Numbered from the whole stretch's first letter, positions 1 to 13,095 are shown. The stretch: 63,900 nt of DNA, filler included, from Lama guanicoe (GCA_013239625.1; 77 parts of 76 records of this genome joined end to end with filler, not necessarily neighbours in it); one strand, 5' to 3'. Numbers and translations are program-made. The notes: generated by a model from the letters alone, not told the origin.

Positions 1-901
1 GGGAGCGCGAGAGACAACTCCACGCAGCTGTCTTCAGTCACAGGTGTTCACTCTTGGGGGGAATTCTGAGAAATACCTTCCCTGACCTTGGGGAGGCAGC
101 CTCTGTCCCTGGGACTTCCTGCAAACCCCAATAGCATTCCCTGGCACAGAGACATTAGGAAAACCCTCAGGGGAGACGAGCTTAGGCATTCCGTTAGAAC
201 CCACGCGCTGCCGACCGTTGGTGGAACCTCCCCACGCTCAGGATTCCGGAACCATTGTCAGTGCGTGGGCAGCTCGAGAGACAAATCCACGCAGCTCTCA
301 TCAGTCACAGGTGTTCCCAGTTAGGGGGAAGTCCCAGAAATACCTTCCCTGAACTTGGGGAGGCAGCCTCTGTCACTGGGATTGCCTGCAAACCCCCCTA
401 GCATTCCATGGCACGGAGACATTAGGAAAAAACCCAGGGGAGAAGAGCTTAGGCATTCCGTTAGAACCCNNNNNNNNNNNNNNNNNNNNNNNNNNNNNNN
501 NNNNNNNNNNNNNNNNNNNNNNNNNNNNNNNNNNNNNNNNNNNNNNNNNNNNNNNNNNNNNNNNNNNNNNNNNNNNNNNNNNNNNNNNNNNNNNNNNNNN
601 NNNNNNNNNNNNNNNNNNNNNNNNNNNNNNNNNNNNNNNNNNNNNNNNNNNNNNNNNNNNNNNNNNNNNNNNNNNNNNNNNNNNNNNNNNNNNNNNNNNN
701 NNNNNNNNNNNNNNNNNNNNNNNNNNNNNNNNNNNNNNNNNNNNNNNNNNNNNNNNNNNNNNNNNNNNNNNNNNNNNNNNNNNNNNNNNNNNNNNNNNNN
801 NNNNNNNNNNNNNNNNNNAGGCAGCCTCCTGGGTTTGCCTGCAAACCTCCCAAGCATTCCCTAGCACAGAGACATTAGGAAAAAACCCAGGGGAGTCGAG
901 C
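1..901 (+). repeat. 267-bp CpG-rich satellite (SatA)
   Basis: GAGAGACAA at 9 and 276 gives a 267-bp period. The same unit occurs in six other fragments. This orientation is defined as +. Confidence 0.95.
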
Positions 902-1001
902 NNNNNNNNNNNNNNNNNNNNNNNNNNNNNNNNNNNNNNNNNNNNTTAATTAATTAANNNNNNNNNNNNNNNNNNNNNNNNNNNNNNNNNNNNNNNNNNN
1001 N

Positions 1002-1394
1002 GACGTTCGTTCATCCAGCACAAAGGGAATGGGTTGCAGGAGAAACAGTTTCTTTGGTTTCTCAGTGTGTTTTCTAGTGCTGGTTTGAAGTGCCTGCCGT
1101 TTTCACTGTAAATCCGTGTTGGAGCTTATACCTCCACATATATATGTATGGAGTGAAATTTGCAACTGAAAAGAAACTTTTTGTTCACTTCAAGCTAGGT
1201 GAAGGACGGCTTTCACACACACTTATCTTTTAGAACTGATCATGTGGAGACACATTCTTTCATCCAGCACAAATGGAACGGGTTGCAAGAGAAACACTTA
1301 CTCTGGTTTCTCAGTCTGTTTCCTNNNNNNNNNNNNNNNNNNNNNNNNNNNNNNNNNNNNNNNNNNNNNNACTTGTACCTTATATATGTATGGA
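1002..1394 (+). repeat. ~248-bp satellite (SatB), ending at a junction with non-satellite DNA
   Basis: GACGTTCGTTCATCCAGCACAAAGGG...TTCAAGCTAGGTGAAGGACGGCTTTCACAC matches the units at 28560-29679. Similarity stops after ...TATATGTATGGA (~1394). Confidence 0.92.
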
Positions 1395-2003
1395 CCATAG
1401 GCTGACACAAAATAAGAGATGTTGAAAAGATAAAGACTCTGAAATCAATGTCCGGAAAACCTAGCTAAGATTCCTAAATGGCCCAACTTAACTAAGCACA
1501 GCACTTCCTCATGAAAAATGGGGCAAATATCATCTACTGTATTTTTTTAAATAAATAAATAATTATCCCGTTCCTACCACAGACTATTATGATAAGACTG
1601 AGTATAAGTTCTAACAACAAATATTGTACAATTCATAATTTCTACTTCATTCAAACTGCTTCTTCTATGAAATTTGAATCTTTTTTTCTTAAGACGTATT
1701 TGTGCCATATGACCTAGTGATAAAATTTTCAACTGGCTTTTATTAAAATCGTTCACCATAGTGCGAGTTTATTACATCAACTATTCCTTTATGGGAAACC
1801 CATGTGCCTTGTCAAAAGGAAACCCATGCCTTGTCCCTCTCTGTCATTAGATTACCTGTGGAAAATTCAATCCTTCATTCAGGTAAATGCTGAGCAATAT
1901 ATCNNNNNNNNNNNNNNNNNNNNNNNNNNNNNNNNNNNNNNNNNNNNTTAATTAATTAANNNNNNNNNNNNNNNNNNNNNNNNNNNNNNNNNNNNNNNNN
2001 NNN

Positions 2004-2641
2004 CTGTTTTGTAAATAAGTTCATTGGCATCATTTTTTTTGATTCCACAAAAGTGCTATCATATGGTATTTTTCTTTCTCTGTCTGACTTACTTCACTTA
2101 GTATGACAATCTCTGGGTCCATCCATGTTGCTGCAAATGGCATTATTTTATTCTTTTTCATGGTTGAGTAGTATTCTGTTGTATATGTATACCACAACTT
2201 ACCACAACTTTTTAATCCAATCTTCTGTGGATGGACATTTAAGTTGCTTCCATATCCTGGCTATTAGTGCTGCTATGAACATTGGGGTGTGTGTATATTT
2301 TTGAATTAGAGTTTCCTTCTGATATATGCCCAGGGGTGGGTAAGTCTACTTTTAGTTTTTTAGGGATTCTCCTTACTGTTTTGCATAGCGGCTGTACCAA
2401 ATTACATTCCAATCACAAGTGTAGGAGGGTTCCCTTTTCTCCACAACCTCTCCAGCATTTATTGTTTGTGGACTTTTGAATGATGGCCATTCTGACTGGT
2501 GATAATTCTTTGTAGTTTTGATTTGCATTTCTCTGGTAAGTAGCAGTGTTGAGAATTTTTTTCATGTGCCTATTGACCATCTGTTTGTCTTTTTTGTAGA
2601 ACTGTGTGTTTAGGTTTTCTGCCCATTTTTTGATTGGGGCT
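2004..2641 (-). mobile_element. LINE-1 3' region (end of ORF2 and 3' UTR), degraded
   Basis: Typical antisense L1 motifs: CCATCCATGTTGCTGCAAATGG, GGACATTTAAGTTGCTTCCAT, GTAGGAGGGTTCCCTTTTCTCCACA. Confidence 0.93.
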
Positions 2642-2741
2642 NNNNNNNNNNNNNNNNNNNNNNNNNNNNNNNNNNNNNNNNNNNNTTAATTAATTAANNN
2701 NNNNNNNNNNNNNNNNNNNNNNNNNNNNNNNNNNNNNNNNN

Positions 2742-3294
2742 TTCCCTCTATACCCACTTTGGTGAGAGTTTTTATCATAAATGGGTGTTTTATTTTATCA
2801 GATGCTTTTTCTTCATCGATTGAGATGATCATGTGGTTTTTGTCCTTTCTCTTGTTGATGTGATGTATTACATTGTTTGATTTGTGTATGTTGAACCACC
2901 CTTGTGTCCCTGGAATGCACCCCACTTGGTCATGATGCATAATCTTTTTTATGTGTTGATGGATTCTATTTGCTAATATTTTGGTGAGGATTTTGGCGTC
3001 TATGTTCATCAGTGATATTGGCCTATAATTCTCTTTTTTTGTACTGTTGTTGCCTAGTTTTGGTATCAGGGTGATGATGGCTTCATAGAATGAGTTTGGG
3101 AGTATTCCCTCCTTTTCAATCTTCTGGAAGAGTTTGAGAAGGACTGGTATGAGTTCTTCTTTGTATGTTTGATAGAATTCCCTGGTGAAGCCATTCGGTC
3201 CTGGACTTTTATTTGTAGGGAAGAAGTTTTTTATTGCTATTTTGGTTTCATTTCTAGTGATCGGTTTGTTCAAATGGTCAGCTTCTCCTTGATT
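2742..3294 (-). mobile_element. LINE-1 ORF2 reverse-transcriptase fragment (open frame across most of the fragment)
   Basis: Translation [22 protein letters not shown]...[16 protein letters not shown]...HDQVG...[19 protein letters not shown] is L1 ORF2p RT. Confidence 0.97.
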
Positions 3295-3394
3295 NNNNNN
3301 NNNNNNNNNNNNNNNNNNNNNNNNNNNNNNNNNNNNNNTTAATTAATTAANNNNNNNNNNNNNNNNNNNNNNNNNNNNNNNNNNNNNNNNNNNN

Positions 3395-4098
3395 AGAATT
3401 TAGAACATGGAATGTAGAACACAGAATTTAGAATATAGAATATGAATACTGAATATAGAATTAGAATATAGAATGTAGAACACAAAATATAGAATGTAGA
3501 ATACGGAATGCAGAATATAGAATACAGAAAATAGAAATTAGAACACAGAATATAGAATATGAAAAACAGAATACAGAACCCAGAATTTTGAACATGGAAN
3601 NNNNNNNNNNNNNNNNNNNNNNNNNNNNNNNNNNNNNNNNNNNNNNNNNNNNNNNNNNNNNNNNNNNNNNNNNNNNNNNNNNNNNNNNNNNNNNNNNNNN
3701 NNNNNNNNNNNNNNNNNNNNNNAGAACACAGATTAGAATATAGAATACAGAATACAGAATAAAGAATTTAAAATACAGAATGTAGAACACATAATATAGA
3801 ATATAGAATACGGAATGCGAATATAGTATGTAGAATATAGAAAGGAAAACAGAAAATATTGAATAGTGTAGAGAATATAGAACCCAGAATTTACAACATG
3901 GAATGCAGGACACAGAATTTAGAATATAGAATACAGAATACTGAATATAGAATTTAGAATATACAATGTAGAAACCAGAATATAGAATAAAGGATTCGGA
4001 ATGTAGAATATAGAATTCAGAATATAGATTTTAACACACAGTATATAATATGGAAAACAGAATACAGAACCCAAGATATAGAACATGGAATGCTGTAC
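3395..4098 (+). repeat. 7-bp-based complex satellite (GAATATA)n with variants (SatC)
   Basis: Continuous 7-mers GAATATA/GAATACA/GAACACA/GAATTTA/GAATGTA. The GAA strand is defined as +. Confidence 0.95.
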
Positions 4099-4198
4099 NN
4101 NNNNNNNNNNNNNNNNNNNNNNNNNNNNNNNNNNNNNNNNNNTTAATTAATTAANNNNNNNNNNNNNNNNNNNNNNNNNNNNNNNNNNNNNNNNNNNN

Positions 4199-4723
4199 AG
4201 TTTGTATTCTTATCAGTTAAAATAAACAGATACATTATGGGTCAATAGAAATACACAACAAGGTAAACATAAGTCAAAATCTTACAATGAAATCGTAAAG
4301 CCATAAAGAAACCAAGATAATAAAAGAAAACTATCAAGCCACAAAAAGAAAAAGAAATGAACAAAAAGGAAATACCACATCAACTGGAAAATGAAGTTCC
4401 AAATGAAAATAAACACCAGTCTATCAATAATTCTCACAAATGATAATGGACTTAGTGCTTCAATTAAAAGATATATATTGTCAGATGGGATAATATAACA
4501 AGACCCTACATAATGAAGCATACAAGAGACCCAATATAGTAAGTGGAAAACACAATTGAAATTGAGAAGATGGAAGAATATATTGCATGCAAATACACAT
4601 GACCAGAAAGCAGGACTAGCAGTACTGACTTCACACAAATAGACTTTACAAGAAAGGTCATAAAGATAAACAAGCACATGATATGATGATTAAAGGAGCA
4701 ATACAAAATGAGGGTTTTATACC
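4199..4723 (+). mobile_element. Diverged LINE-1, inter-ORF region and start of the ORF2 endonuclease
   Basis: TCTATCAATAATT...AATGGACTTAGTGCTTCAATTAAAAGA...CATACAAGAGACCC...CAGAAAGCAGGACTAGCAGTACT matches the L1 EN N-terminus, with many disablements. Confidence 0.85.
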
Positions 4724-4823
4724 NNNNNNNNNNNNNNNNNNNNNNNNNNNNNNNNNNNNNNNNNNNNTTAATTAATTAANNNNNNNNNNNNNNNNNNNNN
4801 NNNNNNNNNNNNNNNNNNNNNNN

Positions 4824-5538
4824 AAGGTGATAACTCATGAATTATTAATAAAATAAACAAAAAATTTTAAAAAAAGACGTACAAATAATTGAGAGTGTCA
4901 GAGGGAGGCAGGTAAATAGAGAATTTTTTTTTGGTCTTTCATTTTAACCTTTTTTCATTCTGGTAGGATGAGTTTGAGATCTTGCTACTATTCATTTAAT
5001 AAATGCAGTTATAGCAATGGTCTTAAAGACTTATATAAAAGGGTAACAACAAGACGAAATCTTATCAGAGTGTAACTAAAACTAAATAAACTTCATGATA
5101 ATACTAAGGAAAATGACCAAACCATAAAAGGAACATGAAAGGAACAAAGAGGAAATACCAGATCAGGAAATACCAGATCTACTGTAAATATAAGGTCAAA
5201 ATAGCAATAAACATAAATATATCATAGATAATTTCAAATCTTAATGGACTAAATGCTCCAGTTAAAAGTCATAGAGTGGCAGGCTGGATAATAAAGCAAG
5301 AACATTCGATATGCTGCATACAAGAGACCCACTTCAGGGAGAAGGAAACATATTGATTGAGAGTGAATGGATGGAAAAGGGAATTCCATACAAATGGAAA
5401 AGTCATAAAAGCAGGTGTTGCAGTACTGATTTCAGACAAAAGAGTCTTTAAAACAAAGGCCATAAAGAAAGATAAAGGACATTTTATAGTGATTGAAGGA
5501 GTGAAACAAGACGAGGATAGAACACTCGTTAATACATA
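4824..5538 (+). mobile_element. LINE-1 inter-ORF region and ORF2 endonuclease start
   Basis: AATGGACTAAATGCTCCAGTTAAAAGTCATAGAGTGG; translation LRVNGWKREFHTNGKVIKAGVAVLISDK...IKKDKGHFIVIEG. Confidence 0.92.
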
Positions 5539-5638
5539 NNNNNNNNNNNNNNNNNNNNNNNNNNNNNNNNNNNNNNNNNNNNTTAATTAATTAANNNNNN
5601 NNNNNNNNNNNNNNNNNNNNNNNNNNNNNNNNNNNNNN

Positions 5639-6542
5639 AATACAGAATACTGAATATAGAATTTAGAATATACAATGTAGAAAACAGTATAAAGCAAAGA
5701 GAATACGGAAAGCAGAATATAGAATACAGAATATAGAATGTAGAACACAGAATTTAGAATATAGAAAACAGAATACTGAATAGAGAATTTAGAATAGAGA
5801 ATTTAGAACACAGAATAGAGAATATAGAACCGAGAAATTAGAACATGGAATGCAGAACATAGAATTTACAATATAGAATACAGAATACTGAATATAGAAT
5901 TTAGAATATAGAATGTAGGACACAGAATATAGNNNNNNNNNNNNNNNNNNNNNNNNNNNNNNNNNNNNNNNNNNNNNNNNNNNNNNNNNNNNNNNNNNNN
6001 NNNNNNNNNNNNNNNNNNNNNNNNNNNNNNNNNNNNNNNNNNNNNNNNNNNNNNNNNNNNNNNNNNNNNNNNNNNNNNNNNNNNNNNNNNNNNNNNNNNN
6101 NNNNNNNNNNNNNNNNNNNNNNNNNNNNNNNNNNNNNNNNNNNNNNNNNNNNNNNNNNNNNNNNNNNNNNNNNNNNNNNNATATAGAACCCAGAATTTAG
6201 AACATGGAATGCAGAACACAGAATTTAGAATATATAATAGAGAATACTGAATATAGAATTTAGATTATAGAATATAGGACACAGAATATAGAATGTAGAA
6301 TACGGAATGCCAAATATAGAATACACAATATAGAATGTAGATCAAAGAATGTAGAATATGCAAAACAGAATATAGATCCCAGGATTTAGAACATAGAATG
6401 TAGAACACAGAATTTTGAATATAAAATACAGAATACTGAATATAGAATTTAGAATAAAGAATGTAGAACACAGAATATGGACTGTAGAATACAGAATGCA
6501 GAATATTGAAAACAGAATATAGAATGTAGAACACAGAATTTA
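5639..6542 (+). repeat. SatC (GAATATA)n complex satellite
   Basis: Same 7-mer register as 3395-4098. Confidence 0.95.
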
Positions 6543-8640
6543 NNNNNNNNNNNNNNNNNNNNNNNNNNNNNNNNNNNNNNNNNNNNTTAATTAATTAANN
6601 NNNNNNNNNNNNNNNNNNNNNNNNNNNNNNNNNNNNNNNNNNTCCCCTGCACTCTGAGACAGGCTTAGGCTCTCTCACATCTGCAGCTCTGTGCAGTGGT
6701 TGTGAAGTCATTTTACTTTGCTGCAAGTGTCCTCACTCCCCGTTTCACATTTTCTGTCCTCTCTTAACACAGTCGGATATCTTCCTGGATCCTTCCCTGA
6801 GTTCCTTGTTCCTCCTCCTCAGATCCTGAGATAAAGGACAAGTGAAGACACATGACCAGAAAGGCACTGTGGACTTGAACGAAGTCCTCAGTGNNNNNNN
6901 NNNNNNNNNNNNNNNNNNNNNNNTACCATCGAAAGGTTCTTCCCAGGGTGACATCCAGCCCAGAGAGGTAGCCCAGGCCAATTAAAAGCTATGTGGCTTG
7001 GGCGTGGGGACAGGTACAGGAGCTGGTTCTGGAGCCAGGCCCTTCCCCACCTCTGCACCCCTCTCTACCGAGGCTCGGCTGCCAAGCACTCAGTCTCCGT
7101 GATCTTNNNNNNNNNNNNNNNNNNNNNNNNNNNNNNNNNNNNNNNNNNNNTTAATTAATTAANNNNNNNNNNNNNNNNNNNNNNNNNNNNNNNNNNNNNN
7201 NNNNNNTAAGTACATATACTGTATATTATGAAAAATGTTAAGGAATTACATACTACAGTTAAATTCATTCGTATTTTTTCATAGAAATATGGAAATATTT
7301 ATTCCAAGTTGGATCATCACTATATGTGTGTGTGTATATATGTATATATCTTTCATCCTTCATTCACATTATAAGTTCTGATAAAATATTGCCAACAATT
7401 AACTTTTATACCAAGGAAGGAAAAGGAAGGAAAGAGGAAGGAAGGAAAGAAGGAAATGGAGGGGTTTTAGAACTCTTGAGATTGAGACATATTAGATAAA
7501 AACTCAGATCTGTACATTTGTATATGATAATTATTTTCCTGAAATTATATAAAAACGCATAAAGAAAACTGAAAGCTAAATATAAAATTATTTACAACCC
7601 AAATTTGAGGTTAATTTATATCTTCATTTGATATACATTTTTTTAAATTTAATACTACACTGTTCCATTGCTATAATCAAATTCNNNNNNNNNNNNNNNN
7701 NNNNNNNNNNNNNNNNNNNNNNNNNNNNTTAATTAATTAANNNNNNNNNNNNNNNNNNNNNNNNNNNNNNNNNNNNNNNNNNNNAGCCACAAAATCAGAA
7801 TTATGTTTATCGACATTACCCCTGATTTAAAGTTTTTCTTTTTGAAATCTTCAGCCAATGAAGACAACAGAGAAGAATTTTTAATCTCAACTCTTCTTTT
7901 TATTCTCACTAAAAGCTGGGGACAGCCTCGTTTAAAATTTGGATTATTATAGAAATGCAGCTACAACCAATGGAGAAATATTTTAGTAAAATTTTAAACC
8001 AAAATACAAGACTACAATAAGGCTAACTTATAAAACCTCAGATTCCACGTTTACAATGCAAAGATAATATCATAATATGAACATTTCTGACGATATTTTG
8101 AAGTTCCTTATTTGGAAACTACACATTTAAATAGTACACTCATCAAATTTAAGAAGTCAGCCATTGCAGTAACAGTGAATGCCACTTTTTATAAGCAGCC
8201 TTAATACCTTTATTTAGATTTCTGGAATTATTCATAGTTGCAAACAAAGTTTCTCATAATATTGACTACTTAAGGCACTATCCTCATTTTTTAGAAAAAA
8301 TAAAGGATTTTAGCCTTTGTAGTTTTATACAATTTTCAAAATTATCTTTACTTTTATATTATCATTGATTGATATACAAAATAAAATTTTATATATAAGT
8401 TACCATGTGGTAACTAAAATTTCTGAATACCTTTCTTAAAACAGAGACTATCCTTTCTTAAAACAGAGACTTCTTTTTCTACTACCAGAAAGTAAGCTAA
8501 ACAAGCAGAACTTTGAAAATTCTACCGCACCTTNNNNNNNNNNNNNNNNNNNNNNNNNNNNNNNNNNNNNNNNNNNNTTAATTAATTAANNNNNNNNNNN
8601 NNNNNNNNNNNNNNNNNNNNNNNNNNNNNNNNNTCCAGGG

Positions 8641-8820
8641 CAGAGTTACGCAGTGTGACCCAGGGCCGCAGCATCCCCTTCTCCTGGACACTGGCTGGAC
8701 AGGCAAACTCTCAGAGTCCTACACAGGCCTACGACCGGAGTCCCTGGGGGTGGGGTCCTGGAATCTGGATCCAGCAAGCTCTCCAGGTGACCTGGTACTC
8801 ACTAAAACTTGAGCAGGACT
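8641..8820 (+). mobile_element. MER5A-like hAT-Charlie MITE, degraded
   Basis: GTGTGACCC...GCAGCATC...CTGGGGGTGGGGTCCTGGAATCTG...CAAGCTCTCCAGGTGA...CTAAAACTTGAGCAGGACTG follows the MER5A consensus as I recall it. Confidence 0.7.
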
Positions 8821-9627
8821 GCCCTGGAGAGACCCCACACGGCCCTCTGAGAGCTCTCAGCGTCCATGTAATTCAGGGAGTTAATCTAGGAGTTTGCTAA
8901 CACCGGGAAGCTTACTGACACGGCTGCTGCTGACCCTGTCATCACAAGCTCCCCCGTCTCTGAGCCCACGGGCACCCGTCCTGCCATGGGCCCTGAGTGC
9001 AGGAGTGCCACAACCGGGGAAAGTCACCTAAAGACTACGGAAGGTCTGGGTCACCCTGCCAGATCAGCAACCCAGTCCGGCTGATGTGCTGGCCAAGGAT
9101 GAGGCACCGCACCTCTTTCTTCCTCGCTCTGCATCACTGGACTCACGCTCCCTGACAACCCTTAACCCGAGCTCAGAGAGGGCGTGAGTCTGCACAGCAA
9201 AGGGAATGTGGTATTACTGCAGCTACAGCTGAGAAATGCTGTGGCGTGTGTGGGGCCCAGCTCAGAAGGTGTGCATCAGCCAAGGGGGGAAGGCAGCCCA
9301 GCCTGCGCGGCCGTGGGGAGAGGATGCCCTGAGCACCTGCCTGAACCCCTCACTAGTCAGCGTGGACCCGGGAAGGCGAGGGGCAAGCCCGCAGCCCTGC
9401 GGTGCTTAATGATGGAGAAACCGCAGCCCCTCGTGGCCGGGCCGCCGGCGCTTCTGACTTCCGGGTGCTGGGCTGGCGCTGAGTTAACTGGCTTATGCAT
9501 TCATCTCCAGCTTAGTGGGGGGCCCAGNNNNNNNNNNNNNNNNNNNNNNNNNNNNNNNNNNNNNNNNNNNNTTAATTAATTAANNNNNNNNNNNNNNNNN
9601 NNNNNNNNNNNNNNNNNNNNNNNNNNN

Positions 9628-10759
9628 TATTCTATATTCTGTGTTCTATATTCTATATTCTGTATTCTATATTCTGGATTCCATGTTCTATACTCTATAT
9701 TCTGTGTTCTTCATTCTATTATCCAAATTCTATATTCAGTATTCTGTATTCTATATTCTAAATTCTGTGCTCTGCATTCCATGTTCTAAATTCTGTGTTC
9801 TATATTNNNNNNNNNNNNNNNNNNNNNNNNNNNNNNNNNNNNNNNNNNNNNNNNNNNNNNNNNNNNNNNNNNNNNNNNNNNNNNNNNNNNNNNNNNNNNN
9901 NNNNNNNNNNNNNNNNNNNNNNNNNNNNNNNNNNNNNNNNNNNNNNNNNNNNNNNNNNNNNNNNNNNNNNNNNNNNNNNNNNNNNNNNNNNNNNNNNNNN
10001 NNNNNNNNNNNNNNNNNNNNNNNNNNNNNNNNNNNNNNNNNNNNNNNNNNNNNNNNNNNNNNNNNNNNNNNNNNNNNNNNNNNNNNNNNNNNNNNNNNNN
10101 NNNNNNNNNNNNNNNNNNNNNNNNNNNNNNNNNNNNNNNNNNNNNNNNNNNNNNNNNNNNNNNNNNNNNNNNNNNNNNNNNNNNNNNNNNNNNNNNNNNN
10201 NNNNNNNNNNNNNNNNNNNNNNNNNNNNNNNNNNNNNNNNNNNNNNNNNNNNNNNNNNNNNNNNNNNNNNNNNNNNNNNNNNNNNNTTCTATATTCTCGG
10301 TATTCCATATTCTGTGTTTTACATTCTGTATTCTAAATTCTATATTCTGTATTCCGTATTATATATTCTGAACTCTGTGTTCTACATTCTATATTCTAAA
10401 TTCTATATTCTGTATTCCGTATTATATATTCTGAACTCTGTGTTCTACATTCTATATTCTAAATTCTATATTCTGTATTCCGTATTATATATTCTGAACT
10501 CTGTGTTCTACATTCTATATTCTAAATTCTATATTCTGTATTCCGTATTATATATTCTGAACTCTGTGTTCTACATTCTATATTCTAAATTCTATATTCT
10601 GTATTCCGTATTATATATTCTGAACTCTGTGTTCTACATTCTATATTCTAAATTCTATATTCAGTATTCTGAATGCTCTATTCTTAATTATGTGTTCTAC
10701 ATCCGTGTTATAAATTCTGGGTTCTGTATTCTCTATTTTATACATTGTGTTCTTCATTC
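9628..10759 (-). repeat. SatC, including five near-identical 63-bp units
   Basis: (TATATTC)n strand; AACTCTGTG at 10371, 10434, 10497, 10560, 10623. Confidence 0.95.
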
Positions 10760-10859
10760 NNNNNNNNNNNNNNNNNNNNNNNNNNNNNNNNNNNNNNNNN
10801 NNNTTAATTAATTAANNNNNNNNNNNNNNNNNNNNNNNNNNNNNNNNNNNNNNNNNNNN

Positions 10860-11409
10860 AACCCAATCCAAAAATGGGCAGAACAACTAAACAAGCAATT
10901 CTCCAATGTAGATATATAAATGGCCAATAGGCATATGAAAAAAAGGCACAATATCGCTAATTATCAGAGAAATGCAAATCAAAACTACAATAAGTTATCA
11001 TCTCACACTACTCAGAATGGCCACCATTCAAACAGCCACTCACCATAAATGCTGGAGAGGCTTGGAGAAAAGGGAACCCTCCTACATTATTGTTGGGAAT
11101 GTAGTTTGGTGAAGCCAATGTGGAAAACAGTATGGAGATTCATCAAAAGACTAAAAGAAGACATATCATTAGATCCAGCAATCCCAATCCTGGGCATATA
11201 TCCAGAGGGAACCTTAATTTCAAAATATAGCTGCACCCCAATGTTCACAGACTTTTCAATGGCCAAGACATAGAAGCAAACTAAACGCCCACTGACAAAT
11301 GACTGGATAAAGATGTAGTATTTAGATATAAAAGAATATTACTTAGTTGTAACAAAGAAAGAAATAATGTCATTTACAGCAACATGGATGGACTTGGAGA
11401 TTATCACAC
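10860..11409 (+). mobile_element. LINE-1 ORF2 C-terminal region
   Basis: AACCCAATCCAAAAATGGGCAGAA...AGAGAAATGCAAATCAAAACTACAA...GTGGAAAACAGTATGGAG...GCAACATGGATGGACTTGGAG. Confidence 0.93.
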
Positions 11410-11509
11410 NNNNNNNNNNNNNNNNNNNNNNNNNNNNNNNNNNNNNNNNNNNNTTAATTAATTAANNNNNNNNNNNNNNNNNNNNNNNNNNNNNNNNNNN
11501 NNNNNNNNN

Positions 11510-11891
11510 AAGTAAGCCAGAAAGAGAAAGAAATATAATACAAGACACTACATATGAAAAAGCTTAAAAAATATTTGGATGAGAACACTATGATTTCATC
11601 TACAAAACTGAAACACACTCGCAGATCTACTAGACAATTTTATGATTATTGCGGGAAGGGGTTGCCAGAGGATATATTTGGGAGCTGTAGATTTATAAAT
11701 GTTATCCACTATATATAAAACTAGATTTTTTCAAAATTTCTTTTGTATCACACAGCACAGTAAGTTAAATATCATGAAGTAAAGTTTAATAGGTACAGAA
11801 ATATATGCAAGTATGGGGACACTATGATGTACACCACAGATTGACACATTGTTAATGGCATACTTCAATGATAAATAAACGAATAAATATG

Positions 11892-11926
<35 letters not shown>
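11510..11926 (+). mobile_element. LINE-1 3' UTR with (TAAA)n tail
   Basis: AAGTAAGCCAGAAAGAGAAAGAAA... continues to a (TAAA)n tract at ~11893-11926, typical of a decayed poly(A) tail. Confidence 0.8.
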
Positions 11927-12699
11927 NNNNNNNNNNNNNNNNNNNNNNNNNNNNNNNNNNNNNNNNNNNNNNNNNNNNNNNNNNNNNNNNNNNNNNNNNN
12001 NNNNNNNNNNNNNNNNNNNNNNNNNNNNNNNNNNNNNNNNNNNNNNNNNNNNNNNNNNNNNNNNNNNNNNNNNNNNNNNNNNNNNNNNNNNNNNNNNNNN
12101 NNNNNNNNNNNNNNNNNNNNNNNNNNNNNNNNNNNNNNNNNNNNNNNNNNNNNNNNNNNNNNNNNNNNNNNNNNNNNNNNNNNNNNNNNNNNNNNNNNNN
12201 NNNNNNNNNNNNNNNNNNNNNNNNNNNNNNNNNNNNNNNNNNNNNNNNNNNNNNNNNNNNNNNNNNNNNNNNNNNNNNNNNNNNNNNNNNNNNNNNNNNN
12301 NNNNNNNNNNNNNNNNNNNNNNNNNNNNNNNNNNNNNNNNNNNNNNNNNNNNNNNNNAAGAAAATATAGATGACTTTGCTGTTGAATTCTGTCATAGATT
12401 TGAAGACAATTTTTCACCAATTCTTCCCCAAATCTTCCAAGAATTTNNNNNNNNNNNNNNNNNNNNNNNNNNNNNNNNNNNNNNNNNNNNTTAATTAATT
12501 AANNNNNNNNNNNNNNNNNNNNNNNNNNNNNNNNNNNNNNNNNNNNCGCTAACAAGCCCCACATAAGGAAAGCCGGCATCCACACTGCCCCTGCCTTCCC
12601 GAAGTAGCCCCGATGCCCATATCCCAGCCTGTGAATGTTCTTCTAATGATCCCCCAGTTGGTGGCACCCTCCCCCTCTTCCCCGCTACACACAGATACA

Positions 12700-13095
12700 C
12701 AGAGCCACGACAGCCTTCCCAAATCACAAATCTGATTACATCAACCCCACTTCAAACACTTCAGAGGCTCCCTGTTAGAGTTCTAGCCCCACCCCAGACC
12801 CTGCTCGCCCAGCCTCATCTCAGTACATAGGTCCCCAGTGACCTCAGGAGCCCCCTGACCTGCTCCTACTTCCCACTTGCAACTTGCCTCCAGGCTCATT
12901 TTGACTGTTTCCCAAGGAAGCCTTCCCTCCCTCCAACCTCCACAATTTGTTCCTCTCTTCCTAAAACATTCTAGGCTAAGTCAACTTCTGACAATGCTAA
13001 GTTCTCAAGAAGCAAATACATTTTGCTTACTAATGTGGCTACACTCTGTCTCCCCTAGACTCACTGAAGTGCACGTGTTATGAATAAATGAATGA
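12700..13095 (+). mobile_element. L2 LINE remnant
   Basis: AAATCTGATTACATCA...CTTCAAACACTTCAGAGGCTCCC and terminal TGAATAAATGAATGA resemble the L2 3' end. Confidence 0.5.

Noticed and set aside
3395..4098. Dense nGAAn and AGAACA motifs in SatC suggesting HSF1 or steroid-receptor binding
   Set aside because: The motifs are direct repeats at 7-bp spacing, not the inverted geometry of canonical HSE or GRE/ARE sites; there is no support from sequence alone.
8429..8471. 22-bp direct duplication CCTTTCTTAAAACAGAGACT
   Set aside because: An ordinary local slippage duplication with no further structure.
9420..9527. CpG-enriched patch with ETS motif ACTTCCGG at 9457
   Set aside because: Too short and truncated by a linker to call a promoter.
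9795..10811. Long ORFs with FYILYSV-type repeats (also 56580-57035, 45180-45781 and others)
   Set aside because: These are translations of the TATATTC strand of SatC, often extended through N runs; there is no gene structure.
11390..11540. L1 sequence appears to continue almost seamlessly across the linker (…GAGATTATCACAC | AAGTAAGCCAG…)
   Set aside because: L1 3' fragments are frequent in this bin (19327 starts at nearly the same L1 position), so chance is sufficient; linkers do not imply adjacency.
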